The position numbers and the translations under genes are program-made. The notes below the pieces were generated by a model that made no database searches, was not told the origin of the DNA, and saw nothing but the letters and a program-made list of their open reading frames with translations. Shown here in pieces: positions 38,138 through 48,399 of a stretch of DNA of 64,000 bases. The stretch is taken from contig CAWGBA010000014.1 of the NCBI GenBank assembly GCA_963820735.1, positions 214,210-278,209 on the forward strand, read 5' to 3'. The stretch is from an uncultured Chloroflexia bacterium. Lineage in GTDB: Bacteria; Chloroflexota; Limnocylindria; Limnocylindrales; CSP1-4. How positions within the stretch are numbered: the first letter of the stretch is position 1; the number at the start of each line of letters is the position of its first letter.

Positions 38138-39721
38138 TTACGGGTGGTTCACCTCGACTGCCCCGATGTCGCAGGCAAGCTGCCCGTCGCCGTTCCCGTC
38201 CAGCGGGCGAAACACGCCGCGCTGGTCATTGCGCGGGCAATCGCCGTCCGCACCGACGCCGCTCACTTTCCAGGCGTCGATGGCGGGACTCCCCGGCATG
38301 GGCAGATGTGTTCGGGTTGGGCCGCCGTTGTTGGCAAGCGGACCGAGCTTCGATTTGACGCCGACGAGATCCGACGCGCGGGCGTGGTAGTCACAGCCGG
38401 CGGCCGTGCCGAGCAGGTTGTGGCCGTCGCTCGTGACCGTCCCGGCACAGTCGGACTCGGCACCCGTGGAGTCCAGGTTGCCGGCCACGATCGTGTCGAG
38501 AATGGCAGAGAGGTTGCCCGGGAACGCGGGTGGCGAGAGCCGCGTAGCGAGCAAGCCGCCCGGCCCGGGCGAGTCGCCTGCCGGAACTCGGTTCACGTTG
38601 AGGGTGATGGTGCTGCCGACGATGGTGCTCACGTCGGAGAGGACACCGCCGACCTGCATCGAGCCCGCAGGACCGTATTGGCCACCGGCCACGTTGCCGG
38701 TGATCGTGCTGTTCCAGATCTGGCTGTCGATCGCGACCACGCCCCCGGTGCCGTCACAGTCGCCCGCGGCGTTGCCCGAGATGGTCGAGCCCGTGATCAT
38801 TCCCCAGATCATCACGACACCGCCCGAACCACAGTCGCCACCGGAGTTGGCACTGATGGTGCTGTCCCGGATCGTCCCGCCACGCATTGTGACGCCGCCG
38901 ACGGCCCACTCACCGTGCCCGGAGTTCTTCGAAACCAGGCTTCGGATGAGTGTCAGCGGCTGCCTCGAGTCGATGCCCGCCGCGACGCTCGGGTCGTCAC
39001 GATGAGGTTTGCTGCCGACCTCTCCGGTCGACTGGTTGCCGACGATCTGGCTGTCGCGGATGTCGGTTGGCCCGGTCGCCGCGATTCCCCCGGCTCCCTC
39101 GAAGCCGCTGTTGTTGCTCACCGTCGAGTCACGCACCTTGAGCGTGCCGCTCGAGAAGATGCCGCCGGCGCGCCCCGAGTTGCTCGTGACCGTCGCATCC
39201 GAGAGGGAGAGGGTGCCAAGGTTCAGGATCCCGGCGCCGTCCTCCCAGGTGCCCGGCTGGAGGTTCGTGTTTCCCCCGGTGACGGTGAGGCCGTAGAGGC
39301 CCACGTTCGCTCCGGGCAGGACTTCGAGCGCGCGGTCGATGCCGTTCGCGTCGATCACGGTCCGGCTCGCACCCGCGCCAACGATGGTCAAACCGCGCAG
39401 GTCGAGGTCGCCGGTTGCCGAGGCGTCCTCATCACGCCCCGGAATGGCGAGAACGTAACGGCCGGGCGGCAGGACGATGGTTCTCGTCGCGTTCCGGATC
39501 TTGCAGGTGTCCACGCTGTGACCTGCGTTTGCGGCGAGGACCGCCTCACGCAGCGAGCAATGGCCATCGACCGCGAGTGAATCGGCGGTGGTGTTGACCA
39601 CGATCGTGGATCCTGCGTCGACTCGAGCAGCCGGGATCAGGAACGCAACCGCCAGTGCGAGGCCGGCAACGAACGTGAGAAAGGCGCGACCGTGCGCGCG
39701 AACAGCAGTAGGCAGGGCCAT
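38138..39721 (-). CDS. Secreted right-handed beta-helix protein (choice-of-anchor-Q-like)
   Basis: 527 aa, intact, with a signal peptide. CSLREAVLAANAG..., many G-x-I/V-x-N repeats. The C-terminus is PTRTHLPMPGSPAIDAW...NDQRGVFRPLDGNGDGQLACDIGAVEV. Paralog of 7523..9342. Confidence 0.75.
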   Translation of the reverse strand: MALPTAVRAHGRAFLTFVAGLALAVAFLIPAARVDAGSTIVVNTTADSLAVDGHCSLREAVLAANAGHSVDTCKIRNATRTIVLPPGRYVLAIPGRDEDASATGDLDLRGLTIVGAGASRTVIDANGIDRALEVLPGANVGLYGLTVTGGNTNLQPGTWEDGAGILNLGTLSLSDATVTSNSGRAGGIFSSGTLKVRDSTVSNNSGFEGAGGIAATGPTDIRDSQIVGNQSTGEVGSKPHRDDPSVAAGIDSRQPLTLIRSLVSKNSGHGEWAVGGVTMRGGTIRDSTISANSGGDCGSGGVVMIWGMITGSTISGNAAGDCDGTGGVVAIDSQIWNSTITGNVAGGQYGPAGSMQVGGVLSDVSTIVGSTITLNVNRVPAGDSPGPGGLLATRLSPPAFPGNLSAILDTIVAGNLDSTGAESDCAGTVTSDGHNLLGTAAGCDYHARASDLVGVKSKLGPLANNGGPTRTHLPMPGSPAIDAWKVSGVGADGDCPRNDQRGVFRPLDGNGDGQLACDIGAVEVNHP

Positions 39722-39876
39722 TGAAACCTCCGGCCACGAGCGTCCCGGTTGCCGGGGCCGTGGTCGAGAGCCATTGGTCCCGAACCGTCACGGGCGGATC
39801 GACGCCCCTCGCCGACGGGCGCGCGCGCGGCCCGTCGAAACGTTCGTTCGCGGCCGCGATCACATGGCCGCGCTGA

Positions 39877-40455
39877 CTACCAGTGCGTCTTGCCGTCCCA
39901 GAAGTCGTAGGCGACGTACACGTCGTGGCCGCTCCGCCACACGCCGATCCCCACGTACTTGTAGCGCCGGTCGCGGAAATTCTTCCAGTGCGGTCCGTTG
40001 TAGGACGCCTCGCCCTGCATCGCGCGGTGGATCCAGATGATGGCTCCCTTGATCGGCGTGACCATGTGCCCGAGGTTCTCGCCGTATTGGCAGCACGTGA
40101 TGCCGGCGCGCTTGAAGCGTGTCGAGATGCTGCCGCCAAGGTCGTGCGACAGGTAGCCGGCCCGGGCGAGGCGGCGCGTCTGGGGGCGAGAGATCTCGCT
40201 GGCCAGCCGTTCGCTGAACTTGAGCGGCTTGAGTTTTGGTGCGTGCTTGCCGGTGCCGTAGTCGATGCAGACGCCCTTGGCCGTCACCCAACCGCCGGTC
40301 CGAACGCAGTTGACCAGCGAGAGCGCGTATTGCTCCTGGGCCGGGTATCGGGACTCGATGGCCGCGGCAGCGGGTGCCACCGAGAGAACGCCGAACATGA
40401 GGACGAAGCCGACCACGGCGAGCAGCCGCATGGTCGGGCGCGGTCGAAAGGACAT
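39877..40455 (-). CDS. CAP/SCP/PR-1 domain secreted protein
   Basis: Signal peptide, ...YLSHDLGG..., YGENLG..., HWKNFRDRRYKYVGIGV. Confidence 0.7.
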   Translation of the reverse strand: MSFRPRPTMRLLAVVGFVLMFGVLSVAPAAAAIESRYPAQEQYALSLVNCVRTGGWVTAKGVCIDYGTGKHAPKLKPLKFSERLASEISRPQTRRLARAGYLSHDLGGSISTRFKRAGITCCQYGENLGHMVTPIKGAIIWIHRAMQGEASYNGPHWKNFRDRRYKYVGIGVWRSGHDVYVAYDFWDGKTHW

Positions 40456-40765
40456 ACCGAGACCCCCGAAAGAACCGGAACAAGCGCCGAGGCGCTCTGC
40501 GCTGGGGCGCGGGGGGCATGGTGGCCGCTCGAACTGGATCGGTCAACCCAGCTGCGCGGGTTGTCGCCAGTAGCTCGATTGGCCCAGATCGATCGTGGCA
40601 GTGCGACTCAGTCGCGATGGCCAGCGCCTACGAGGGCGAGCGGGGAACGCGTGTTGGCCTGAGCGACGTTTGACAGTAGTGATACTTAGTCTCATGCTGC
40701 GACAAGCTTCGGGCGTGCGCAGATAGCGCAGGGGTCGGAGGCGGAGCGCTGGAGGAGCATTCACG

Positions 40766-41785
40766 ATGGCAACTCTTCAAGCCCGGTTCCGTCGGAGCAG
40801 GGTCCTTTCGACAGTCATTGCCTCGTTGCCATTCGTGTTCCTGTTGATGTCCTGTGCCGGCACGGCGAACCCCTCGCCAACCACGTCAGTCGCCCTACCG
40901 CTCGGATCCAGCGGACCGGTTGCCAGCCTCCCAGGCACCCCACCACCGATGCCGGACGTGACGGCCGCACCCGATGCGATTCAGGTCGTCACCACCACGA
41001 CCGTGTTTGCCGACATGGTTCGTGCCGTCGGTGGTTCGCACGTGGCCGTCACCAGCCTCGTTCCGAACGGTGGAGACGTGCACACCTACTCGCCGAGACC
41101 GAGTGACGTTCAGGCCGTCTCCACGGCGCGCACGATCTTCATGAATGGGTTGGGTCTCGACGATTGGCTGTTGGCGCTCGTTGGCAGCGCCAACACCGCG
41201 GCCCCGGTGGTCGCACTCGGCAGCGACCTCCCGGGTGTCGCACTGCTTCCGGGTGAAGAGGCGGGCACGGAGAACCCGCACCTGTGGATGGACGTGAAGT
41301 ACGCAGAGCTCTACGTCGATCGGATCGCAAGCAGTCTCGCGCAGGTCGATGCCGGTAACGCAGCGAACTACGCGGCAAATGCTGCTGCATACAGGCAGAA
41401 CCTCGAACAGCTCGACGGCTGGGTTCGCGCCCAGATCGGCACCATCCCGCCCGAGAACCGCAAGCTCGTCACCTTCCACGACGCGTTTCCGTACTTCGCG
41501 CGGGAATACGGCATCACGATCGTCGGTGTCGCCGTCGAAGCGCCGGGCCAGGATCCAAGTGCCGCGCAGATTGCGAGCCTCATCCAGGCCATCAAGGCGG
41601 CGGGCGTCAAGGCGATCTTCAGCGAGAACCAGTTCCCGCCGAAGCTGATCGACCAGATCGCTGCCGAGACCGGGGCCACCGTCGTATCGGATCTGTACGA
41701 CGACGCGCTTGGAGACCCTCCGGTGACGTCGTACGAGGCGGTCATCGAGTGGGACGTGAACGCGCTCGTTGGCGCACTTCGCTAA
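40766..41785 (+). CDS. Metal (Zn/Mn) ABC transporter substrate-binding lipoprotein, ZnuA/TroA family; no adjacent permease or ATPase
   Basis: Lipobox LLMSCAG. ...VVTTTTVFADMVRAVGG..., NPHLWMD, FHDAFPYFAREYG, IFSENQFPPKL. Confidence 0.8.
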   Translation: MATLQARFRRSRVLSTVIASLPFVFLLMSCAGTANPSPTTSVALPLGSSGPVASLPGTPPPMPDVTAAPDAIQVVTTTTVFADMVRAVGGSHVAVTSLVPNGGDVHTYSPRPSDVQAVSTARTIFMNGLGLDDWLLALVGSANTAAPVVALGSDLPGVALLPGEEAGTENPHLWMDVKYAELYVDRIASSLAQVDAGNAANYAANAAAYRQNLEQLDGWVRAQIGTIPPENRKLVTFHDAFPYFAREYGITIVGVAVEAPGQDPSAAQIASLIQAIKAAGVKAIFSENQFPPKLIDQIAAETGATVVSDLYDDALGDPPVTSYEAVIEWDVNALVGALR

Positions 41786-41885
41786 CGCGCTGATTGCTGG
41801 TGACCGAGCGCGGCCGCGTGAGATTTGATCCCAGGTACCGACCGCGCGGTGGCCGGCCGTAATCGCCAAGGCGAGTAGAGTCCGC

Positions 41886-42548
41886 GTGATGGCGCGCCGC
41901 AGCCACCCTCGCGTGGCATGGTCCCTTCTCACGCTCGTGGCATTTGTGCTGACGCATCAGCTCGTGTTTCTGTACACGTACGGTGCGGGCGCTGCTGCCG
42001 CGCTGGTGCGCACCGGCCACGGAGTCGCGTGGTCGACGACCGTCTTCGTTGTCGCCGGTGCCGGGGCATTCCTTGCGATCGCGGCGATTCTCGAGCTGAG
42101 GCGACTCGCAGCTCGAGCACGCGCGTTCAAGGCGATTCGACAGATCCAGCCGCGTTCACTTGATGAGCCGTTGCGAGTCCTGCTGGGCGAGACGTCGCGG
42201 GGCGCGGCGTGGATCACTCCGGCTGTGGCAGCGATGCTGTTGCTCAGCGAGAACGTGGAGCACGCACTCATCGGCGCCCCGCTTCCGGGACTGTCCGTGC
42301 TCTCCGGGCCCGAGTACTCAGGGACCGTGCCAATCCTGATTGCAGTCGCCCTGGCGACATCGCTGGTACGTGCCCTGTACTTCTGGCGTCGCGACGTGCT
42401 CGTCGCCCGGCTGCACGTTGCGCGCGCAAAGCTTCCGCGCGCGTCGGCGATGCCTGTGCGCACGGCACTCGTCGCCGACCGTCGTCCAGCGACCCACATG
42501 TGCCGGCGCAGCTCCGGCAGAGCGCCACCGGCGATCGCGCTGATCTGA
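41886..42548 (+). CDS. Membrane protein of unknown function, paralog of 56685..57371
   Basis: 220 aa. Motifs shared with the paralog: HQxV(F/Y)xxxYG, RTGHGxxW, (S/Q)ENxE(H/A)xxxGAxLPGLxVLS, GRAPPA near the C-terminus. Confidence 0.6.
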   Translation: MMARRSHPRVAWSLLTLVAFVLTHQLVFLYTYGAGAAAALVRTGHGVAWSTTVFVVAGAGAFLAIAAILELRRLAARARAFKAIRQIQPRSLDEPLRVLLGETSRGAAWITPAVAAMLLLSENVEHALIGAPLPGLSVLSGPEYSGTVPILIAVALATSLVRALYFWRRDVLVARLHVARAKLPRASAMPVRTALVADRRPATHMCRRSSGRAPPAIALI

Positions 42549-42788
42549 CCGTCCGCGCGGTCCTTACTCGCGGATCCGCCAGCGTGCCGGGACACCCCGG
42601 GCAATCGGCTACCGACAGTCCGAGGGCTCGGACGTTCTTGCGCCGGTGCGAGCTCGGCTTCGAGTCTCACTGAGCGCAGGGTTCGCGGCCGCTCATGGCG
42701 TGCTGGTCGTCGCGTTCGGCCGGAGCCCATGGGTCATTCACGGGTGGCCCTTTCACGTTGACGCTGAGCTGGTGGTCGAGCCGGCGTA

Positions 42789-44585
42789 TTGCATGGAGAT
42801 CGTTTGGTGGGCAACAGCACTTGGGTTGATGGAATGGAATTGGCCGACGAGGAGCTGTCCGAGCGAACGTCGGGACGCCGCGGCATCAGGGCTGCGCTGC
42901 GGCGGAACCTCAAGCTCTGGCCGCCGCCGCTGCACCCGATCCTCTTCGCCGCCTACCCGGTGCTGTTCCTGTACGCCCAGAACCTCAACGACGTGACCAC
43001 CCGGGAAGTCGTCAACCCGCTCGAGCAGGCACTCGCCTGGGGCATCATCGCGACGCTCTGCTTCGGCCTCGTCTTCCTGCTCGACTTCCGCCGCGGCGCG
43101 CTGCTGGCCTCGTTCACGATCCTCTTCTGGTACACCTACGGCCACGTCGTCAACCTGCTCGCCGGCCAGCACCTCTCGCAGAACGAGTTCATCGGCGGCT
43201 GGCTGATCCTCGGCGCGCTGGTGGTGCTGGTGGCACTCCTCGCCAGCAGCCGGGTCATCGGCGCCATCACCTCGCTGGCCAACGTGGTCGCCATCGTGCT
43301 GGTGGCCATCGTCGTGGCCCAGCTCATCCCGGCGCTCACGGCCAGGCCTGCCGCGGCGGCCGGCCCGCGCCAGAGCGGCGCCGTGGTGCCCGGCGATCGC
43401 GACGTCTACTGGTTCATCTTCGACCGCTACGGCTCGCAGACCTCGCTGGACTACTTCGCCGGGACGCACAACCCGCTGCAGGACTTCCTGCGCTCGCGCG
43501 GCTTCTACGTGGCCGACGGTGCGCACGCCAACTACAGCCGCACCACCACCTCGATCACCGGCACCATGGGGATGAACTACTTCAGCGACATCGCCGCGGC
43601 GCAGGGACCCGCGAGCACCAACCTGCAGCCGCTCTACGCGGTCATCCAGCACAGCCCCGTGGCCGAGTTCCTGCTGAGCCGCGGCTACCGGTTCATCAAC
43701 AACGGCTCCTGGTTCGGGCCGACGCAGATCATCGGCGACGCCGACGAGAACACCTACACCACCAACCCGGACGCCGAGACCGACTTCAGCGCGATCCTCG
43801 ACCAGACCACCTTCAACCCGGTGCTCTCGACCCTCCTGCCGCACTCGTCGCCGATCATCTCCAAGACCGACCAGATCCACATCAACTCGGCGCTGCTGCA
43901 GCAGCGGGTGCTGGCGCGGATGCCCGACGAGCCCTCGCCCAAGTTCGTCTTCAGCCACATCCTGCTGCCCCACCCGCCCTACGTCTTCAACGTCGACGGC
44001 TCCTATCCCACGCCCGAGGAGCAGCAGGACCGCACCGAGGCGGACTCGATGAACATCCAGCTGACCTACACCAACGACTTCATCCAGCAGGAGGTCGATC
44101 GGCTGCTCTCGGTGCCCGACGAGCAGAAGCCGATCATCATCATCCAGGCCGACGAGGGTCCCTACACCTACCGCTACACCGCGGACAAGGAAGGCTTCGA
44201 CTGGACCAACGCGACGCCCGAGGAGCTCGAGAGCAAGTTCGGCATCCTCGATGCCATGTACCTCCCGGGCACGCCCGCGCCGGGCTCACCCGCGCCCTAC
44301 CAGACGATCACCTCGGTCAACACCTTCCGCCTGCTCTTCGACGAGTTCTACGGCCAGCACTACCCGCTGCTGCCCGACCGGACCTACGCCGCGTCGGGCT
44401 TCAGCCACGTCTACGACCAGCTCGACATCACCGACCTGCTGCCCTCGCTCAAGGCCGGCTGGGTGCCGCCGACCACCGCGCCGCAGCCCTACGAGATGAC
44501 CAGCGCAGGATCCGGCGAGGAGCCCGCACCCCTGCCCGGCCAGCCGCAGCCGACCGAGGTGCCCCAGAACGGCGGCGAGGACTAA
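42789..44585 (+). CDS. Membrane-anchored sulfatase-like (alkaline-phosphatase superfamily) hydrolase/transferase
   Basis: About 5 N-terminal TM helices, then a soluble domain with ...KFVFSHILLPHPPYVF..., IIIIQADEGP. An alternative ATG start is at 42834. Confidence 0.6.
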   Translation: MHGDRLVGNSTWVDGMELADEELSERTSGRRGIRAALRRNLKLWPPPLHPILFAAYPVLFLYAQNLNDVTTREVVNPLEQALAWGIIATLCFGLVFLLDFRRGALLASFTILFWYTYGHVVNLLAGQHLSQNEFIGGWLILGALVVLVALLASSRVIGAITSLANVVAIVLVAIVVAQLIPALTARPAAAAGPRQSGAVVPGDRDVYWFIFDRYGSQTSLDYFAGTHNPLQDFLRSRGFYVADGAHANYSRTTTSITGTMGMNYFSDIAAAQGPASTNLQPLYAVIQHSPVAEFLLSRGYRFINNGSWFGPTQIIGDADENTYTTNPDAETDFSAILDQTTFNPVLSTLLPHSSPIISKTDQIHINSALLQQRVLARMPDEPSPKFVFSHILLPHPPYVFNVDGSYPTPEEQQDRTEADSMNIQLTYTNDFIQQEVDRLLSVPDEQKPIIIIQADEGPYTYRYTADKEGFDWTNATPEELESKFGILDAMYLPGTPAPGSPAPYQTITSVNTFRLLFDEFYGQHYPLLPDRTYAASGFSHVYDQLDITDLLPSLKAGWVPPTTAPQPYEMTSAGSGEEPAPLPGQPQPTEVPQNGGED

Positions 44586-44610
44586 CCGCAAGCCACTGAG
44601 GAAGCTTGCG

Positions 44611-45618
44611 ATGCGCAACGTGCCAACGTCCTCGCTGTTCGTCCGGTTTGCCGTCGCAATCGGGGCCATGGCGTCCGCTTTGTTGCTCGCCTCGCTCCAG
44701 GCGCCGGTGTTCGGCGCGGATGTCCCGCAGTTCCTGACGCTGCCGTTCAGCGCCTCCGACAAGCACATTGCGATGCAACGCGCCTGGTGGACGCTCGACC
44801 CGAACACGGGAACCTTCACCCTCCTGCACCACGGCATCGACTGGGTCAATGGAACGCGCGACGTGCCCATTACCTGGAAGCCGTTCGACGTGCTGGCCGC
44901 GGCCGGGGGAGAGGCTTGCGGCGCGAAGATCGGCCAGGGCGGCTGCTTCGATGACGGCGAGATCATGGGCAACCGCGTGCTGATCAAGCACAACGTGGAC
45001 GGCCAGATCTACTACACGTTCTACAACCACCTGGCCACCATTGCGAGCAATATCCCGCTCAACAACGTCCACCGCACGGTCCACGTGGACGCGGGCGACA
45101 AGATCGGCGTCGCTGGCGACAGCGCCAGCGTAGGCCTGCTGCATCTCCACTTCGAGCTGCTCGGCGCCGACATGAAGCCGATCGACCCATACGGGATCTA
45201 CGGCATCACCGACCAGTACCCGGATGCGCGCGGCAAGAACGGCAAGGACGTCGGAAAGAAGAACTACTTCATCACGGATCCGCCGCAGCCCTTCGGGTTC
45301 GCGCCGAAACCCGCCAAGGCATCGCCGACGACGGACGCCGTCACCTCGACCGGCCAACCGGTGTCGTCGGTCCCTACGATCCCGCCGCTGCCGACGGCGG
45401 TTGCAACGCCGACGCTGACGTTCGCGCCCATCCCCACACCGGTTCTCACGGCCGCCCCGACTCCGACCCCCACCGCACTGCCGGTCGCCGCTGCGCTCCC
45501 GCCTTCAGATCCGCCGCAACGCCCGGCATCCGATCCCGATCTCGTGCCAATGGCGCTTGGCCTTGGTGTTGTGGTCGTCGTCTCGTCGTACTTGCCGCCT
45601 ACGGGCTCTCGCGGCTGA
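44611..45618 (+). CDS. M23 family metallopeptidase with a Pro-rich linker and C-terminal TM helix
   Basis: Signal peptide, LLHHGIDW, HLHFEL, then PTPxL repeats and MALGLGVVVVVSSY. Confidence 0.75.
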   Translation: MRNVPTSSLFVRFAVAIGAMASALLLASLQAPVFGADVPQFLTLPFSASDKHIAMQRAWWTLDPNTGTFTLLHHGIDWVNGTRDVPITWKPFDVLAAAGGEACGAKIGQGGCFDDGEIMGNRVLIKHNVDGQIYYTFYNHLATIASNIPLNNVHRTVHVDAGDKIGVAGDSASVGLLHLHFELLGADMKPIDPYGIYGITDQYPDARGKNGKDVGKKNYFITDPPQPFGFAPKPAKASPTTDAVTSTGQPVSSVPTIPPLPTAVATPTLTFAPIPTPVLTAAPTPTPTALPVAAALPPSDPPQRPASDPDLVPMALGLGVVVVVSSYLPPTGSRG

Positions 45619-45660
45619 GGCGCAGACCCCGATCACCGGATCGGCCGGGACCGTGAGACG

Positions 45661-48399
45661 CTAACTGCCGGGTTGGCCCGCGAGGCCGGTCCCCTCAGCC
45701 GCGACCCGGCTGGGTGGCCATCCCGGTAGCGAGGGCTGCGCCGAGCGCATCGGCGTTGGCGTCGGCGTGGCCTCCACCCCGGGGGCGGTCATTGGCCACG
45801 GTGGTCCGAACGCGAGCAGCTGGACGGGACCCTCGCGCACGTTGTTGCCGTGCATCACCAGGATGTCCTGCTTTCCGTTCCTGTCGTAGTCGATGGCCAC
45901 GGCCGCGCCGCCCGGTCCGGGCTGGAGCGACGGGAGACGGACGGAGGTGAACCGCGTGCCGTCGCCGTTGTTGAGGAGCAGGACATCTTGGACCGCGGGC
46001 CCTTTTTCCTGACCGCGGACGAGATAGATGTCCGGCCGTCCATCGCCGTTGACATCGGCCAGCGTCACGGCCACGGCGTGCGGCACCCACATGGCGAGGC
46101 GGTCGTGGAAGGTGCCGCCCGACTGGAGCCACACGTCCATGCGGCCGGGCGCGAGCGTTACGAGGTCGGCGCGGCCGTCGTGGTTCAGGTCGCCGACTGC
46201 GGCGTCGAAAACGTCTTGCCCATTGATCCCGAGCCTGGCGGTGACATCGGTGAACACGCCGTGGTTGTTGTGGAAGATGTGCAGCGCCGAGTAGGCGGCC
46301 ATCTGGATGTACTCGCAGTCGATGAGATCCGTCCAGCCGTCGTGATCGATGTCGACCGGAATGAGGCACTGCGAACCGACGCCGAGATCGAGGCCGGCTT
46401 CGGGCGCCGGTTCGAACGAGGTCCCGCCGACGTTGCGGAACAGGTGATTCGATCCAGGCAGGGCGTCCGGCCGGCTTGGGTCATTGCCGAAGTACACGTC
46501 CGTGAGGCCATCATGGTTGTAGTCGAGCAGGGCCGTTTGCCGGCCACGACCCAGGGGATCGGCGAGGCCGAGTGCGTCGGCCGAGTTTGTGGAGGTTGGG
46601 TCAAGCGGGTCGAGCCAGACTTCGTTGTCCTTGATTCCAAGTCCGTGGCTCGCACCGATGGCGCAGACGATGGCGGGCCCGGGACTCGGACCGATCGTGC
46701 CGACGGCGCAGCCATGCCGATCGGCCTGTCGAAAGGCGTTGTCGACCGGCTCGAACGTGCCATCGGTCTGGTTGAGCAGGACCTGCAACGGACGGGCCCG
46801 CCGCCCGATCACCAGGTCCGGCCAGCCATCACCGTTGAGATCGGCCGATACGCCGTTGAAGCTCAGCGTGGTCGCACTCAGTCCCGCTTGGGCGGTGACG
46901 TCCTCGACCTGGAGGCCGGGAACGCGGCGCGGCGAGGGCAGTGAGCGCCGGACCACCCCAGTCGTGGGCCGACGACTCGTTTGCCGTGCCTTGGGAATCC
47001 TTGCGGCCTCCGAAGCCGGGAGGGCCGCATCAGCGACCGTCCCGATGTCCGGTGACCTTTTGTTCACTTTGCCCACGCCCACGCCCACGCCCGCGACTGC
47101 AGGCAGGCCGACCTTGCTTCCTCTGATCCCGCCCACGAGCCCGCTGCTGCCCGTGGGGGCGTGGCCGGGAGTGCACGGCACGATCGCGATCGCCTGGCCA
47201 CCTGCGCGGCCAACCGCCAAGGGGTTCGGCCCGTCGGTGATGCCCAGCAGTTCGCCTCCCGTGATACCCGCCACCCCGGCACTTGCAGTCCAGACGTTGT
47301 CGACTCGTTCGGCGACGAGTGGGAGGGAGTCCTTGTAGCCGGCGGACTGATCCCACGACTCGCCGACCGCGGTCACGTTCCCATCGATGACCGCCACGCC
47401 ACGCAGGATCGAACCGCCAGTTGCAGAGATCGTGAGGCCGGGATCCACGGCCCAGGAGTGCCCGTCCCAATGAGCGATCACGCCGCTCAACGTCCCTGCC
47501 ACCTCGCGGAACCCGGTTGCCCACGCGCTGCGCTTGGAGAGGACGTCAACCCCCGTCAGGACCAGGGATCCATCGCCGGTGATGCTTGCTCGCGTCCAGC
47601 CTTTGCCGTTCCAGCGTTCCAGCAACGGTCGGTAGCCGTCCGCGGTCTGGATCCAGCCGACGGCCCAGGTCGTTGAGTCCGGTGCCGTCGAGACGCCGGT
47701 CAGCGCCGAGAACCCGGTCACGCGAGGTGAGTCCAGCGCCCAGCCGCCACGGCGCCACGCGTACGCGATCGCGTGCTGCCCTTTGAGGTCCGCCCCGAAT
47801 CCGACCGCGATCGCGAGCTGCGGACCAACCTGGGTGATATCCGACAATGCTCCGCCGTAGCGCAGCGACGGAACCCGGCTCTGTGTCCACGTCTTGCCGT
47901 TGTAATGCTCGATGAGTGGCTGTGTCTGCATACCACCGCCGACGCGTTCGCCCGATGTCCACAGACCGATCTGCCCGCTGGCAGCGATTCCGGTCAAGAG
48001 CGAACGAGCAGCCGTCGATGCCACCGTCACATTGCTCCAGCCCTGTGCGGTGGAGCGTGCCGCATAGGCGAGGAAGGTCGGACCCTCCTGGTTCGCCGAC
48101 CCAGCGACCCACTCGGTCCCGTTCTGGACGGTCACGTCCACGGCGGTCGAGCCAGCAATGGCAGAGGGTGATCCAGCCGTCGCCCAGCCGTTCACGCAGA
48201 GGGTGCCCGGATCCTGGCCGATCACGACCGCGGCCGCTCCGGGTGCGAGGACGGCGGAAGCGAGCACGACCGCGATCGCGACGACGACTCCACGTCGCAG
48301 ACCGCGACCCCACCTCGTGGGTGGACGTGTCCCGACGACCCAACCCTGCGAATCCCGAACCATGACGCGCATGCCTGCCTGTTTGCGCCTACCAGCCAC
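45661..48399 (-). CDS. Large secreted protein: N-terminal beta-propeller-like region plus FG-GAP/VCBS (ASPIC/UnbV-like) repeats
   Basis: 912 aa, intact. Repeated W.G..W propeller-like strands. LNGDGWPDLVIG, DYNHDGLTDVYFGN, DIDHDGWTDLI, DLNHDGRADLV, DVNGDGRPDIY, DYDRNGKQDILV. Confidence 0.75.
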   Translation of the reverse strand: MAGRRKQAGMRVMVRDSQGWVVGTRPPTRWGRGLRRGVVVAIAVVLASAVLAPGAAAVVIGQDPGTLCVNGWATAGSPSAIAGSTAVDVTVQNGTEWVAGSANQEGPTFLAYAARSTAQGWSNVTVASTAARSLLTGIAASGQIGLWTSGERVGGGMQTQPLIEHYNGKTWTQSRVPSLRYGGALSDITQVGPQLAIAVGFGADLKGQHAIAYAWRRGGWALDSPRVTGFSALTGVSTAPDSTTWAVGWIQTADGYRPLLERWNGKGWTRASITGDGSLVLTGVDVLSKRSAWATGFREVAGTLSGVIAHWDGHSWAVDPGLTISATGGSILRGVAVIDGNVTAVGESWDQSAGYKDSLPLVAERVDNVWTASAGVAGITGGELLGITDGPNPLAVGRAGGQAIAIVPCTPGHAPTGSSGLVGGIRGSKVGLPAVAGVGVGVGKVNKRSPDIGTVADAALPASEAARIPKARQTSRRPTTGVVRRSLPSPRRVPGLQVEDVTAQAGLSATTLSFNGVSADLNGDGWPDLVIGRRARPLQVLLNQTDGTFEPVDNAFRQADRHGCAVGTIGPSPGPAIVCAIGASHGLGIKDNEVWLDPLDPTSTNSADALGLADPLGRGRQTALLDYNHDGLTDVYFGNDPSRPDALPGSNHLFRNVGGTSFEPAPEAGLDLGVGSQCLIPVDIDHDGWTDLIDCEYIQMAAYSALHIFHNNHGVFTDVTARLGINGQDVFDAAVGDLNHDGRADLVTLAPGRMDVWLQSGGTFHDRLAMWVPHAVAVTLADVNGDGRPDIYLVRGQEKGPAVQDVLLLNNGDGTRFTSVRLPSLQPGPGGAAVAIDYDRNGKQDILVMHGNNVREGPVQLLAFGPPWPMTAPGVEATPTPTPMRSAQPSLPGWPPSRVAAEGTGLAGQPGS

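Noticed and set aside
40660-40700. Zur/metal-repressor box or sigma-70 promoter in the low-GC patch TTTGACAGTAGTGATACTTAGTCTCATG upstream of the ZnuA-like gene.
   Set aside because: A TTGACA -35-like hexamer is present, but no -10 lies at acceptable spacing and there is no convincing palindrome. It cannot be supported from sequence alone.
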